64,000 bases of DNA from Actibacterium sp. (GTDB taxonomy: Bacteria; Pseudomonadota; Alphaproteobacteria; Rhodobacterales; Rhodobacteraceae): the NCBI GenBank assembly GCA_016278325.1, contig JADQCB010000015.1:15479-79478 (forward strand), read 5' to 3'. Under the pieces are notes generated by a model. It was given only the letters and a program-made list of their open reading frames with translations, did no database searches and was not told the origin of the DNA. The position numbers were made by a program, and so were the translations under genes. Positions 22,037 to 31,445 of the stretch are shown here, one piece after another (positions within the stretch are counted from its first letter, which is position 1; every line of letters starts with the position of its first letter).

Positions 22037-23392
22037 ATGTCCGGGCACGGCGCCCCCCTTCCGATGATGGCCCGCCGGGGCGGGACGCTGCGCGGTGTGG
22101 CGAAGGTGCCGGGCGACAAGTCGATCAGCCACCGGGCGCTGATCCTGGGTGCGCTGGCGGTGGGGGAGACGCGGATCACCGGTTTGCTGGAAGGCCAGGA
22201 CGTTCTGGACACGGCCCATGCGATGCGCGCTTTCGGCGCCGAGGTCACGCATATGGGCCATGGCGAATGGGTGGTGCATGGTGTCGGGGTCGGCGGTTTC
22301 GCCGAACCGGAAGACGTGATCGATTGCGGCAATTCGGGCACCGGCGTGCGGCTGATCATGGGGGCGATGGCGAGCTCGCCGATTACTGCGACCTTCACCG
22401 GGGATGCGAGCCTGCGCAAGCGCCCGATGGGCCGCGTGACCGAGCCGCTGACGTTGTTCGGCGCCGCGGCATACGGACGATCGGGCGGGCGGCTGCCGAT
22501 GACGGTGGTGGGCGCGGCCGGGCCGGTGCCGGTGCGCTATGCGGTGCCTATCGCCTCGGCGCAGGTGAAATCGGCGGTGTTGCTGGCCGGGCTGAACGCG
22601 CCGGGGCAGACGGTCGTGATCGAGGGCGCGGCGACCCGCGATCACACCGAGCGGATGCTGGCGGGCTTCGGCGCCGATATCACGACCGAGGACAGCGATA
22701 CGGGCCGTGTCATTACCCTGACCGGCCAGCCGGAACTGCGCCCGCAATCCATCGCGGTGCCCTGCGATCCGTCCTCGGCCGCCTTCCCGGTTTGCGCCGC
22801 GCTGATAGTCGAGGGCGCGGATGTTCTGGTGCCCGGTATCGGGCTGAACCCGACCCGCGCCGGTCTTTTCACCACGTTGCAGGAGATGGGCGCGGATCTT
22901 GCGTTCGAGAACAGGCGCGAGGAGGGCGGCGAGCCGGTGGCGGATCTGCGCGCGCGGTTTTCGCCTGGCATGAAGGGGATCGAGGTGCCGCCAGAGCGCG
23001 CGCCGACGATGATCGACGAATACCCGATCCTGTCGGTGGTCGCTGCCTTTGCCGAGGGGGCGACCGTCATGCGCGGGGTCCGCGAGCTTCGGGTCAAGGA
23101 AAGCGACCGGATCGACGCCATGGCGCGCGGGCTGGAGGCCTGTGGCGTCAGGGTGGAAGAGGATGAGGACATGCTGATCGTGCACGGCATGGGGCCGGGC
23201 GGAGTGCCCGGCGGCGCCACCTGTGCCACGCATCTGGATCATCGCATTGCCATGTCGTTTCTTTGCGCGGGCATGGCGGCGAAAGATCCGGTGGGCATCG
23301 ACGATGCCGCGCCAATATCGACCTCTTTCCCGATGTTCGAACCTCTGATGGAGGCGCTCGGGGCGCAATTCGTCCGGGGAGGGATATCATGA
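22037..23392 (+). CDS. aroA: 3-phosphoshikimate 1-carboxyvinyltransferase
   Basis: ORF 21980..23392, ATG at 22037. [18 protein letters not shown] and LRVKESDRI motifs. Confidence 0.92.
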   Translation: MSGHGAPLPMMARRGGTLRGVAKVPGDKSISHRALILGALAVGETRITGLLEGQDVLDTAHAMRAFGAEVTHMGHGEWVVHGVGVGGFAEPEDVIDCGNSGTGVRLIMGAMASSPITATFTGDASLRKRPMGRVTEPLTLFGAAAYGRSGGRLPMTVVGAAGPVPVRYAVPIASAQVKSAVLLAGLNAPGQTVVIEGAATRDHTERMLAGFGADITTEDSDTGRVITLTGQPELRPQSIAVPCDPSSAAFPVCAALIVEGADVLVPGIGLNPTRAGLFTTLQEMGADLAFENRREEGGEPVADLRARFSPGMKGIEVPPERAPTMIDEYPILSVVAAFAEGATVMRGVRELRVKESDRIDAMARGLEACGVRVEEDEDMLIVHGMGPGGVPGGATCATHLDHRIAMSFLCAGMAAKDPVGIDDAAPISTSFPMFEPLMEALGAQFVRGGIS

Positions 23393-24000
23393 GTTTCTGC
23401 GTCGCGCTTGACGGGCCTGCGGCGGCGGGCAAAGGCACGATCGGTCGGGAACTGGCCCGCCGGTTCGGGTTCGCGCATCTCGATACCGGGTTGCTCTATC
23501 GCGCGGTGGGCGCGCGCATGCTGGACGGGATGGACCCGGTCGAGGCCGCCCGCGCGCTGCGCCGGGACGACCTGGACCGCGACGATCTGCGCAGTGCCGC
23601 AGTGGCGCAGGCGGCAAGCAAGGTCGCCGCGATCGCCGATGTGCGCGCCGCGCTGGTGGATTTCCAGCGCGCCTTTGCCCGGCGCGCCGGGGGCGCGGTG
23701 CTGGACGGGCGCGACATCGGCACGGTGATCTGCCCCGATGCCGAGGTGAAGCTGTTCGTCACGGCAACCGACGCGGTGCGGGCCGAGCGCCGCTATCTGG
23801 AACTCGCCGCCGCCGGTCATGACGTGACCCGGCGATCGGTGATGGAGGATTTGCGCCAGCGCGATCGCCGTGACAGCGAACGCAGCACGGCACCATTGAA
23901 GCCGGCCGGCGACGCCGTGGTTCTGGATACGTCGGATCTGAGTATCGAGGCGGCGGTGGCGCGCGCGGTCGATCTGGTGATGCAGCGATATACCGGCTGA
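23389..24000 (+). CDS. cmk: cytidylate kinase
   Basis: ATG at 23389 overlaps the aroA stop (ATGA). [14 protein letters not shown]-loop. Confidence 0.9.
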   Translation: MSFCVALDGPAAAGKGTIGRELARRFGFAHLDTGLLYRAVGARMLDGMDPVEAARALRRDDLDRDDLRSAAVAQAASKVAAIADVRAALVDFQRAFARRAGGAVLDGRDIGTVICPDAEVKLFVTATDAVRAERRYLELAAAGHDVTRRSVMEDLRQRDRRDSERSTAPLKPAGDAVVLDTSDLSIEAAVARAVDLVMQRYTG

Positions 24001-24154
24001 CCGGGCCGGGCGCAGGGAATGCGGCGCGGGCGCGGCTGCCCTTTCGCGGAATCACGCCTGCCGATTTGAATTCAAGGCGCATGATGCGTAGATGGGGACG
24101 ATGAAGGGGGGCGCAGCCTTGACCTCCCCGATAGCCATGACCAAGGAGCATAGA

Positions 24155-24541
24155 ATGACATTTTCCCGGATCTTCACCGCCGCGAGTGTCGCGTTCGGCC
24201 TTGCGCTTGCGGCCCCGCCGTCGGTCGCGCTGGCGCAAGAGGCCGGCGCCGAGGCGCAAGTCGAACTGACCGACCAGAAGGTCGATGCCTTCGCCCTGGC
24301 CGCCCTCGACGTGGCGCGGATCCAGGAGAAATACCGCCCGGATTACGCGGCGGCGAAAACCGATGCGGACAAGCGCGCGCTGGTGGAAAAGGTGAATGAC
24401 GAGATGCGGCAGGCCGTGAAGGCAATTGATGGCATCAGCGTTGAGGAATATATCGAGATCGGCCGCGCCGCCAGCCAGAACGAGGATCTGAGCAAACGGA
24501 TCATCGCGCGGATCCAGGAACTGGGCGTCGAGGCGCAATAG
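24155..24541 (+). CDS. periplasmic DUF4168-like protein
   Basis: ORF 24092..24541, ATG at 24155. Signal peptide, then two helical repeats of the kind seen in DUF4168 (family recalled from memory). Confidence 0.6.
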   Translation: MTFSRIFTAASVAFGLALAAPPSVALAQEAGAEAQVELTDQKVDAFALAALDVARIQEKYRPDYAAAKTDADKRALVEKVNDEMRQAVKAIDGISVEEYIEIGRAASQNEDLSKRIIARIQELGVEAQ

Positions 24542-24617
24542 CGCGCCAAGCGCGCCGGGCCAGCCCGTGCAAAGTGCGGCGGCGGCGCGACATGCGCGGG
24601 CCCGGGTGTTCCGGGCC

Positions 24618-24726
24618 TTGCGATGTTGCGCAAACCGCTCTATATGGCCCACGTCGACAAGGCGTAAACGCCGGGGAGCAGGGCATGAGGAGCAGGGGTC
24701 GGACGTTTCCGGCCCTGTTTGTTTTT
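24618..24726 (+). promoter_or_regulatory. candidate promoter, short leader with mini-ORF, and intrinsic terminator upstream of rpsA
   Basis: TTGCGA (24618-24623), 17-nt spacer, TATATG (24641-24646). Hairpin 24693-24717 (10 bp, one bulge, CGTT loop) is followed by TTTGTTTTT. A 19-codon ORF (24685-24744) with a GGGGAG Shine-Dalgarno reads through the hairpin. Confidence 0.4.
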
Positions 24727-24812
24727 CGGTCCCGCCCCGAATGACCAACCCAAGACCGGCGGAGACAACCGCGCGGCCGGAAAAATCGGAAGTAAAGGAA
24801 ACCAGAGACCAG

Positions 24813-26495
24813 ATGGCTCATAACGCATCCATGGAGGAATTCGAGGCCCTCCTTAACGACAGCCTCGAGATCGACACGCCGCAAGAAGGCAGCGTCGTCA
24901 AGGGCAAGGTCATCGCCGTCGAGGCGGGCCAGGCCATCATCGATGTCGGCTACAAGATGGAAGGCCGCGTCGATCTGAAGGAATTCGCAAATCCCGGCGA
25001 GCAGGCCGAGATCGAGGTCGGTGACGAGGTCGAAGTGTATCTCGACCGGGTGGAAAACGCCCGGGGCGAGGCCGTCATCAGCCGTGACAAGGCCCGCCGC
25101 GAGGAAGCCTGGGACCGCCTGGAAAAAGCCTATGCCGACGACGCCCGGGTCGAAGGCGCGATCTTCGGTCGTGTCAAGGGCGGCTTCACGGTCGATCTGG
25201 GCGGCGCCGTGGCGTTCCTGCCCGGCAGCCAGGTGGACGTGCGCCCGGTGCGCGATGCCGGCCCGCTGATGGGGCTCAAGCAGCCGTTCCAGATCCTCAA
25301 GATGGACCGCCGCCGCGGCAACATCGTGGTCTCGCGCCGTGCCATCCTGGAAGAGAGCCGCGCCGAACAGCGCGCCGAAGTCATCGCCAACCTCACCGAA
25401 GGCCAGGCGGTCGACGGCGTGGTCAAGAACATCACCGAATACGGTGCATTCGTGGACCTGGGCGGCGTGGACGGCCTGCTGCACGTCACCGACATGGCCT
25501 GGCGGCGGGTCAACCACCCCTCGGAAATCCTGTCGATCGGCGAGACCGTCAAGGTGCAGGTCATCAAGATCAACAAGGAAACCCACCGCATCAGCCTGGG
25601 CATGAAACAGCTGCAGGAAGATCCGTGGGACACGGTCGAGGCCAAGTTCCCGATCGGCACCGTGCACAAGGGCCGCGTGACCAATATCACGGATTACGGC
25701 GCCTTCGTCGAGCTGGAGCCGGGCGTCGAGGGCCTGGTCCATGTCAGCGAGATGTCCTGGACCAAGAAGAACGTGCATCCCGGCAAGATCGTTTCGACCT
25801 CGCAGGAGGTGGACGTGATGGTGCTCGAGATCGACACGGCCAAGCGCCGCGTGTCGCTGGGGCTCAAGCAGACCATGCGCAACCCGTGGGAAGTCTTCGC
25901 CGAAACCCATCCGGTGGGCACCGAGGTCGAGGGCGAGGTCAAGAACATCACCGAGTTCGGCCTGTTCATCGGCCTGGATGACGATATCGACGGCATGGTT
26001 CACCTGAGCGATCTGAGCTGGGATGAACGTGGCGATGTCGCGATCCAGCAATACAGCAAGGGCGATGTCGTTCAGGCCGTCGTCACCGAGGTCGACCCCG
26101 AACGCGAGCGTATCTCGCTGTCGGTCAAGGCCCTGGGCGGCGATCCGTTCACCGAAGCGGTCGATGGCGTCAAGCGCGGTTCGATCATTACCGTCACGGT
26201 CACCGCGATCGAGGATGGCGGCATCGAGGTCGAGCATGAGGGCATGAAGTCCTTCATCCGTCGCTCCGACCTGTCGCGCGATCGCTCCGAGCAGCGGCCC
26301 GAACGTTTCCAGGTGGGCGACAAGGTCGATGTCCGAGTCACCAATGTCGATGCCAAGTCGCGCCGGCTGGGCCTGTCGATCAAGGCCCGCGAGATCGCCG
26401 AGGAAAAGGAGGCCGTGCAGCAATATGGCTCTTCCGATTCCGGCGCTTCGCTGGGGGACATCCTGGGCGCCGCGTTGAAGGGCGACGACGACTAG
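24813..26495 (+). CDS. rpsA: 30S ribosomal protein S1
   Basis: ORF 24567..26495, ATG at 24813 (MAHNASMEEFEALLNDSL). Six S1 repeats. Confidence 0.93.
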   Translation: MAHNASMEEFEALLNDSLEIDTPQEGSVVKGKVIAVEAGQAIIDVGYKMEGRVDLKEFANPGEQAEIEVGDEVEVYLDRVENARGEAVISRDKARREEAWDRLEKAYADDARVEGAIFGRVKGGFTVDLGGAVAFLPGSQVDVRPVRDAGPLMGLKQPFQILKMDRRRGNIVVSRRAILEESRAEQRAEVIANLTEGQAVDGVVKNITEYGAFVDLGGVDGLLHVTDMAWRRVNHPSEILSIGETVKVQVIKINKETHRISLGMKQLQEDPWDTVEAKFPIGTVHKGRVTNITDYGAFVELEPGVEGLVHVSEMSWTKKNVHPGKIVSTSQEVDVMVLEIDTAKRRVSLGLKQTMRNPWEVFAETHPVGTEVEGEVKNITEFGLFIGLDDDIDGMVHLSDLSWDERGDVAIQQYSKGDVVQAVVTEVDPERERISLSVKALGGDPFTEAVDGVKRGSIITVTVTAIEDGGIEVEHEGMKSFIRRSDLSRDRSEQRPERFQVGDKVDVRVTNVDAKSRRLGLSIKAREIAEEKEAVQQYGSSDSGASLGDILGAALKGDDD

Positions 26496-26523
26496 AACCG
26501 TCCCGCCCGGAAAGAATGAAGCG

Positions 26524-26553
26524 ACGGCCCCGTGTGATGCACGGGGCCGTTTT
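26524..26553 (+). terminator. rho-independent terminator after rpsA
   Basis: CGGCCCCGTG-TGATG-CACGGGGCCG followed by TTTTT. Confidence 0.8.
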
Positions 26554-26790
26554 TCGTGACACCGAATCAATCCGTGCCGGCTTCACGCCCGGGTCCGCCG
26601 GCAGCGTGTCCAGTCCCTGCCACACCGCCATGCAGCGCCAGATTCAGCCCAAACTGCGGGTGTTCACGATCTTTCCCGTTCTTTTCCAAGGCTTTCTGTT
26701 TCTCTGTGGCGCAAACAGGCATATAGTCGGCCACGCTCGCACAAGGATAAACGGCATCAAGACAAGGGCCGACCAGGGGGACTGAAATAA

Positions 26791-27072
26791 ATGATCCGCT
26801 CGGAACTGATACAGAAGATCGCCGATGAGAACCCGCACCTGATTCAACGCGATGTTGAGCGTATCGTGAGTACGATCTTCGAGGAAATCATCGATGCCAT
26901 GGCCCGCGGCGATCGGGTGGAACTGCGCGGCTTCGGCGCGTTTTCCGTCAAGAAACGCGACGCGCGCACGGGTCGCAACCCGCGCACCGGCGAGGCCGTC
27001 GAGGTGGAAGAAAAATGCGTTCCGTTCTTCAAGACCGGCAAGCTGTTGCGTGATCGGCTGAACGCCAAATGA
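26791..27072 (+). CDS. ihfB: integration host factor subunit beta
   Basis: 93 aa. [29 protein letters not shown]. Confidence 0.92.
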   Translation: MIRSELIQKIADENPHLIQRDVERIVSTIFEEIIDAMARGDRVELRGFGAFSVKKRDARTGRNPRTGEAVEVEEKCVPFFKTGKLLRDRLNAK

Positions 27073-27086
27073 TCGGAAAAACCTGA

Positions 27087-27455
27087 ATGCTGCGTTATAT
27101 CCGTTACCTCTTTCTTGCTGTGCTGGGGCTGTGCCTCATTACCGTGGCGCTGGCCAATCGCACGATGGTCAGCCTGCGCCTTCTGCCCGAAGAACTTGGG
27201 CATTTCGCCGGCCTGACATGGGAGATCCGGCTGCCGCTGTTCCTGGTCGTGTTCGGCGGAATCGTCGCCGGGCTGATGATCGGGTTCGTCTGGGAATGGC
27301 TGCGCGAGGCGCGCATCCGCGCCGAAGGCGGCCGGGCCAAGCGTGAGGCCCGCAAGCTGGAGCGCGAAATGAGCCGGCTGAAAAGCGCGGCCGGCGCCGA
27401 GGACCAGAAGGACGAGGTGCTGGCGCTGCTTGAGGAACCGCGCAAGGCGGGCTAG
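27087..27455 (+). CDS. LapA-family (DUF1049) inner-membrane protein
   Basis: 122 aa. Two TM segments and a charged coiled C-terminus. Conserved position after ihfB. Confidence 0.7.
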   Translation: MLRYIRYLFLAVLGLCLITVALANRTMVSLRLLPEELGHFAGLTWEIRLPLFLVVFGGIVAGLMIGFVWEWLREARIRAEGGRAKREARKLEREMSRLKSAAGAEDQKDEVLALLEEPRKAG

Positions 27456-28169
27456 ATGCCGGCCATGGACATGAACGGCATCAGGGTAAAGATCTGCGGC
27501 CTGACAAGGGCAGAGCATGTCCGCGCGGCGGTGCAGGCGGGGGCGGCTTATGTCGGATTCGTGTTCTTCGCGAAATCGCCGCGCAATATCGGGCTGGAGG
27601 CGGCCCGCGCGCTGACCGCCGAGGTTCCGCCAGGCGTGGCGAAGGTGGCGTTGACCGTGGATGCCGATGACGCCTTTCTCGACCGGCTGGTGGCGCATGT
27701 TCCGCTGGACATGCTGCAACTGCACGGCACCGAATCGCCGCAACGGGTGTCGCAAATCCGCCGAAGCTTCGGGCTGCCGGTGATGAAGGCCGTGGGCGTG
27801 GCCGACCGCGCCGACCTGTCGCTTCTAGACGCGCATGGGCGCGTGGCCGACCAGCTTCTGGTGGACGCCAGGCCGCCGCCGGGCGCGGCATTGCCGGGGG
27901 GCAACGGGTTGACCTTCGACTGGCGGCTGATCGCCGATCGCCGCTGGCCGGTGCCCTGGATGCTGGCCGGCGGACTGACGCCGGACAACGTGGCCGACGC
28001 GATTTGCCTGACCGGGGCACGGCAGGTCGATGTCTCCTCTGGCGTCGAGGTTGCGCCGGGGGTAAAGGACGCGGCATTGATCCGTGCGTTCATCGCGGCC
28101 GCGCGCGTGAAGGAAGTCGACACGGGAGGGCGCGTGCCCGCGGACCTGCGAGGAGTGAAGGATGGCTGA
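27456..28169 (+). CDS. trpF: phosphoribosylanthranilate isomerase
   Basis: 237 aa. VKICGLT, QLHG and DVSSGVE motifs. Confidence 0.88.
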   Translation: MPAMDMNGIRVKICGLTRAEHVRAAVQAGAAYVGFVFFAKSPRNIGLEAARALTAEVPPGVAKVALTVDADDAFLDRLVAHVPLDMLQLHGTESPQRVSQIRRSFGLPVMKAVGVADRADLSLLDAHGRVADQLLVDARPPPGAALPGGNGLTFDWRLIADRRWPVPWMLAGGLTPDNVADAICLTGARQVDVSSGVEVAPGVKDAALIRAFIAAARVKEVDTGGRVPADLRGVKDG

Positions 28170-29394
28170 GGATCTCATCAACAGTTTCATGACCGGCCCG
28201 GACGAGAACGGCCGCTTCGGCATGTTCGGGGGGCGCTTTGTCAGCGAGACGCTGATGCCGCTGATCCTGGAACTCGAAGAGCAGTACGAGAATGCCAAGA
28301 CCGATCAGAGCTTCTGGGACGAGATGCACGACCTGTGGACCCACTATGTGGGCCGGCCCAGCCCGCTCTATCATGCCGCGCGCCTGACCGCGCATCTGGG
28401 CGGCGCGAAAATCTACATGAAGCGCGACGAGCTGAACCACACCGGCGCGCACAAGATCAACAACGTGCTGGGCCAGATCATCCTGGCGCGGCGGATGGGC
28501 AAGACCCGTATCATCGCCGAAACCGGGGCGGGCCAGCATGGCGTGGCGACCGCGACGGTCTGCGCCAAGTTCGGATTGAAATGCGTCGTCTACATGGGGG
28601 CCCATGATGTCGAACGGCAGGCGCCGAACGTTTTCCGGATGCGGCTGCTGGGCGCCGAGGTTGTCCCGGTCACCAGCGGGCGCGGCACGCTCAAGGACGC
28701 GATGAACGACGCCCTGCGCGACTGGGTGACCAATGTGCGCGACACGTTCTATTGCATCGGCACCGTTGCCGGCCCGCATCCCTATCCGGCGATGGTGCGC
28801 GACTTCCAATCGATCATCGGGACGGAAGCGAAGGAACAGATGCAGGCGGCCGAGGGGCGGCTTCCCGATACCATCGTCGCCGCGATCGGCGGCGGGTCGA
28901 ACGCGATGGGCCTGTTCTACCCGTTTCTCGACGACAAGTCGGTCAACATCATCGGGGTCGAGGCCGGCGGCAAGGGCGTGAACGCGAAGATGGAGCATTG
29001 CGCCAGCCTCACCGGCGGCCGGCCCGGGGTTCTGCATGGCAACCGGACCTATCTGTTGCAGGACGACGATGGCCAGATCCTCGAAGGGTATTCGATCTCG
29101 GCCGGCCTGGATTATCCGGGTATCGGGCCCGAGCATTCCTGGCTGCATGATATCGGGCGGGCCGAATATGTCTCGATCACCGATGCCGAGGCGCTGGAGG
29201 CGTTCAAGCTGTGTTGCGAGCAAGAGGGCATAATCCCCGCGCTGGAACCGTCCCATGCCCTGGCCCATGTGATGAAGATTGCCCCGGACCTGCCGCACGA
29301 TCACATCATCTGCATGAACATGTGCGGGCGTGGCGACAAGGACATCTTCACCGTGGCCAAACATCTGGGCGTGGATATCGACACCGGCAGTTGA
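28162..29394 (+). CDS. trpB: tryptophan synthase beta chain
   Basis: 410 aa. [12 protein letters not shown]-lysine motif and GGGSNA. Overlaps the end of trpF by 8 nt. Confidence 0.93.
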   Translation: MAEDLINSFMTGPDENGRFGMFGGRFVSETLMPLILELEEQYENAKTDQSFWDEMHDLWTHYVGRPSPLYHAARLTAHLGGAKIYMKRDELNHTGAHKINNVLGQIILARRMGKTRIIAETGAGQHGVATATVCAKFGLKCVVYMGAHDVERQAPNVFRMRLLGAEVVPVTSGRGTLKDAMNDALRDWVTNVRDTFYCIGTVAGPHPYPAMVRDFQSIIGTEAKEQMQAAEGRLPDTIVAAIGGGSNAMGLFYPFLDDKSVNIIGVEAGGKGVNAKMEHCASLTGGRPGVLHGNRTYLLQDDDGQILEGYSISAGLDYPGIGPEHSWLHDIGRAEYVSITDAEALEAFKLCCEQEGIIPALEPSHALAHVMKIAPDLPHDHIICMNMCGRGDKDIFTVAKHLGVDIDTGS

Positions 29395-29420
29395 GCGGCG
29401 CGGCCGGGCGCCCGAAAACG

Positions 29421-29440
29421 GCATAAACCCGGGTTTATGC
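29421..29440. repeat. perfect 20-bp palindrome GCATAAACCCGGGTTTATGC, with a third ATAAACCC half-site at 29449-29456
   Basis: Read directly from the sequence. Lies 27 nt after the trpB stop and about 110 nt before the first PepSY-like gene. The 12-mer GGCATAAACCCG (29420-29431) recurs at 36894-36905. Confidence 0.85.
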
Positions 29441-29546
29441 GCCCGGTGATAAACCCCCGGTCGATGGTCCGGGCGCGGGGTTGCGTGACAGCCTTCGGAT
29501 TGTGCGGCGGCGCGCGGTGCGCCGTCCCTGTCGAAGGAAACAGCAG

Positions 29547-30110
29547 ATGATGATCAGGAAACTCCTCAGTGTTTCGGCCCTTTCGGTTCTGATGTCCGGG
29601 GCGGCCACGGCGCAGACCACGGAAGAGATCGTCGATGGTATCGTGGCGGAGCTGACCGGCGCCGGCTACAGCTCCATCCACGTGGAATACAATTCCAATG
29701 GAATCAATGTCGAGGCCGAGGGCGCCCAGGGCCGGCTGGAACGGACCTATGACGCCGCGGGCAACCTTCGAAGCGAAGAAACCGACGCGAATGATGGCGC
29801 GGAATCGGACCGCAGCGTCGACGCCGGCGGAAATGTTTCGGGCGGCGCAAGCTCGGGCGGGGATGACGCCGAAGATCAGGACGACGCCCGCGATGACGCG
29901 GACGCTGGCGGCACTGACGACGAGGCGTCCGGCGGCGATGACGACAGCGACAGCGATCATGCCGGCGACGACGCAAACGACGATCACGACGACGCCAGTG
30001 ACGACCATGCCGACGACGACGGTGGCGACGATCACGACAGCGGCGACGACGACGGCGGTGACGATCACGACGGCGGCGATGATGATGGCGGTGATGATGA
30101 CAACGACTGA
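29547..30110 (+). CDS. secreted PepSY-like domain protein with Asp/His/Gly-rich acidic tail
   Basis: ORF 29481..30110, ATG at 29547. Signal peptide MMIRKLLSVSALSVLMSGAATAQ. A PepSY-like block of about 60 aa (IVAELTGAGYSSIHVEY..INVEAEG..ERTYDAAGNL). By my count 42 of the last 82 residues are Asp, with 5 His. Confidence 0.7.
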   Translation: MMIRKLLSVSALSVLMSGAATAQTTEEIVDGIVAELTGAGYSSIHVEYNSNGINVEAEGAQGRLERTYDAAGNLRSEETDANDGAESDRSVDAGGNVSGGASSGGDDAEDQDDARDDADAGGTDDEASGGDDDSDSDHAGDDANDDHDDASDDHADDDGGDDHDSGDDDGGDDHDGGDDDGGDDDND

Positions 30111-30209
30111 GCGGTTCCCGGCCTGATGGTCGGAAGGCCCTTGTCATGGCGCGCCGTTTTCCCGAAAAGGAAGAACGGGGCGCCGTTTCTCTTTTCCGGA
30201 AGATCCTCG

Positions 30210-30845
30210 ATGTCCAGGAGTTGCCTTTACGTTGCGTCGGTTCTTGTGGTGCTGGCGGCCGGTCCCGCGGCGGCCGACACGGTTGCCGATCAGCTGATCG
30301 CCCAGTTGACCGAGCAGGGCTTCACCCGCTTCCGCGTGTCGCAGACCTGGCTTGGCCGCACCCGGATCCTGGCCGAGGGCGACGGGCTGACGCGCGAGAT
30401 CATCGTCAATCCCCGCACCGGCGAGATCCTGCGCGACTTCTCGGCGCAGGCGGATGGCGATGCCACGGCCCCGGAATTGCTGAGCCCGCGGATCGGCGGG
30501 ACAGGCGACGATTCCGATGCCGCGGCGCCCCAATCCGATGCGCAACCGGATCGTGGCGACACTGGCGGTGATCCCACCGTCGAAGATGACCCCGGCGGTG
30601 ACGATGACACAAGCGGTGGTGATGATGACCCCGCCGTCGATGACGCCGCCGGCGGTGACGATGACGCAAGCGGTGGTGATGATGACGCAAGTGGTTCCGA
30701 CGACGGCAGTCGCGGAGACGACGCCGGTCCTGATGATGGGCACGACGGCAGCGACGGCAGTGACGATGGCAGCGACGAGAGCGATGGCGGTGACGACGAC
30801 GGCGGTGAGAGCGGTGGCAGTGACGACGGCAGCGATGACGGGTAA
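30210..30845 (+). CDS. secreted PepSY-like domain protein with Asp/Gly/Ser-rich acidic tail
   Basis: ORF 30126..30845, ATG at 30210. Signal peptide. PepSY-like block (LIAQLTEQGFTRFRVSQTWLGRTRILAEG..REIIVNPRTGEILRD). Long acidic low-complexity tail. Confidence 0.7.
   Translation: MSRSCLYVASVLVVLAAGPAAADTVADQLIAQLTEQGFTRFRVSQTWLGRTRILAEGDGLTREIIVNPRTGEILRDFSAQADGDATAPELLSPRIGGTGDDSDAAAPQSDAQPDRGDTGGDPTVEDDPGGDDDTSGGDDDPAVDDAAGGDDDASGGDDDASGSDDGSRGDDAGPDDGHDGSDGSDDGSDESDGGDDDGGESGGSDDGSDDG
30594..30686 (+). repeat. 36-nt near-identical direct repeat (period 57 nt) inside the acidic-tail coding region
   Basis: GGCGGTGACGATGACACAAGCGGTGGTGATGATGAC (30594-30629) versus GGCGGTGACGATGACGCAAGCGGTGGTGATGATGAC (30651-30686). 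35 of 36 positions are identical. Confidence 0.8.
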
Positions 30846-30899
30846 CCAGCCCGCGATACGCGCGCCGCATGCCTGCCGGACGGGACGGAATATCGACGG

Positions 30900-31391
30900 G
30901 TGAAGCAGCGTATTCTGATCATCGCGATCCTGTCGGTTCAGGCGCTCTGCGCCGTGTTCTTCGTGTCCGACATCGTTCTGACAGTGATCGGCGCGCGCGA
31001 CCGCCCGATAAGCTGGCACACCCGAGAATTGCTGGAAATCGGCGCGGCGACGGGTCTGATCCTGGGGCTGATCCTGGGCGCCTTCGCCCTGGCATATGCC
31101 TTGCGGCAAAGCAGCCGCTTCCGGCAGCAATTGCGCGTCGCCTCGGGGGCGTTCATGGAATTGCTGCAAGAGCGGTTCGACGACTGGGGCCTGACCCCGG
31201 CAGAACGGGATGTGGCGCTGTTCGCCATAAAGGGCATGAGCACACAGGAAATCGCGCATCTGCGCTGCACATCGGAAGGCACGGTAAAGGCACAGACGAA
31301 TGCGATCTATCGCAAGGCCGGGGTCAGCGGACGGCCACAACTGCTAAGCCTGTTCATCGACGACCTGATGGATGACGCGCTGAAAATATAG
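30900..31391 (+). CDS. membrane-anchored LuxR/GerE-family transcriptional regulator
   Basis: 163 aa, GTG start. Two N-terminal TM segments, then LTPAERDVALFAIKGMSTQEIAHLRCTSEGTVKAQTNAIYRKAGV, a LuxR-type HTH. Confidence 0.75.
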   Translation: MKQRILIIAILSVQALCAVFFVSDIVLTVIGARDRPISWHTRELLEIGAATGLILGLILGAFALAYALRQSSRFRQQLRVASGAFMELLQERFDDWGLTPAERDVALFAIKGMSTQEIAHLRCTSEGTVKAQTNAIYRKAGVSGRPQLLSLFIDDLMDDALKI

Positions 31392-31445
31392 CTCGGAAAA
31401 TCGGGATCTGCGCGGCCGATGGGCCATCGATCCCGGGGCCGGGAA

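Noticed and set aside
21119-23368. N-terminal 750 residues of the 1005-aa minus-strand ORF 20351..23368
   Set aside because: Only the last 255 codons form a real SDR gene. The rest is antisense to trmB and aroA, which have unambiguous family signatures. The long open frame reflects the lack of stop codons in GC-rich antisense frames.
24066-24075. 10-bp palindrome TTGAATTCAA between cmk and the DUF4168 gene
   Set aside because: Short, single occurrence and contains a plain EcoRI site. No supporting context.
24501-26570. 689-aa minus-strand ORF
   Set aside because: Antisense to rpsA, whose six S1 repeats are unmistakable on the plus strand.
29704-30922. Arg/His/Ser-rich ORFs on the minus strand and in alternative plus frames across the acidic-tail regions (for example 29704..30147, 30406..30870, 30290..30922)
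   Set aside because: They are mirror or frameshifted images of the GAC/GAT/GGC repeats encoding the Asp/Gly tails. The plus-frame genes have signal peptides and PepSY-like domains, while these have no start context or domain.
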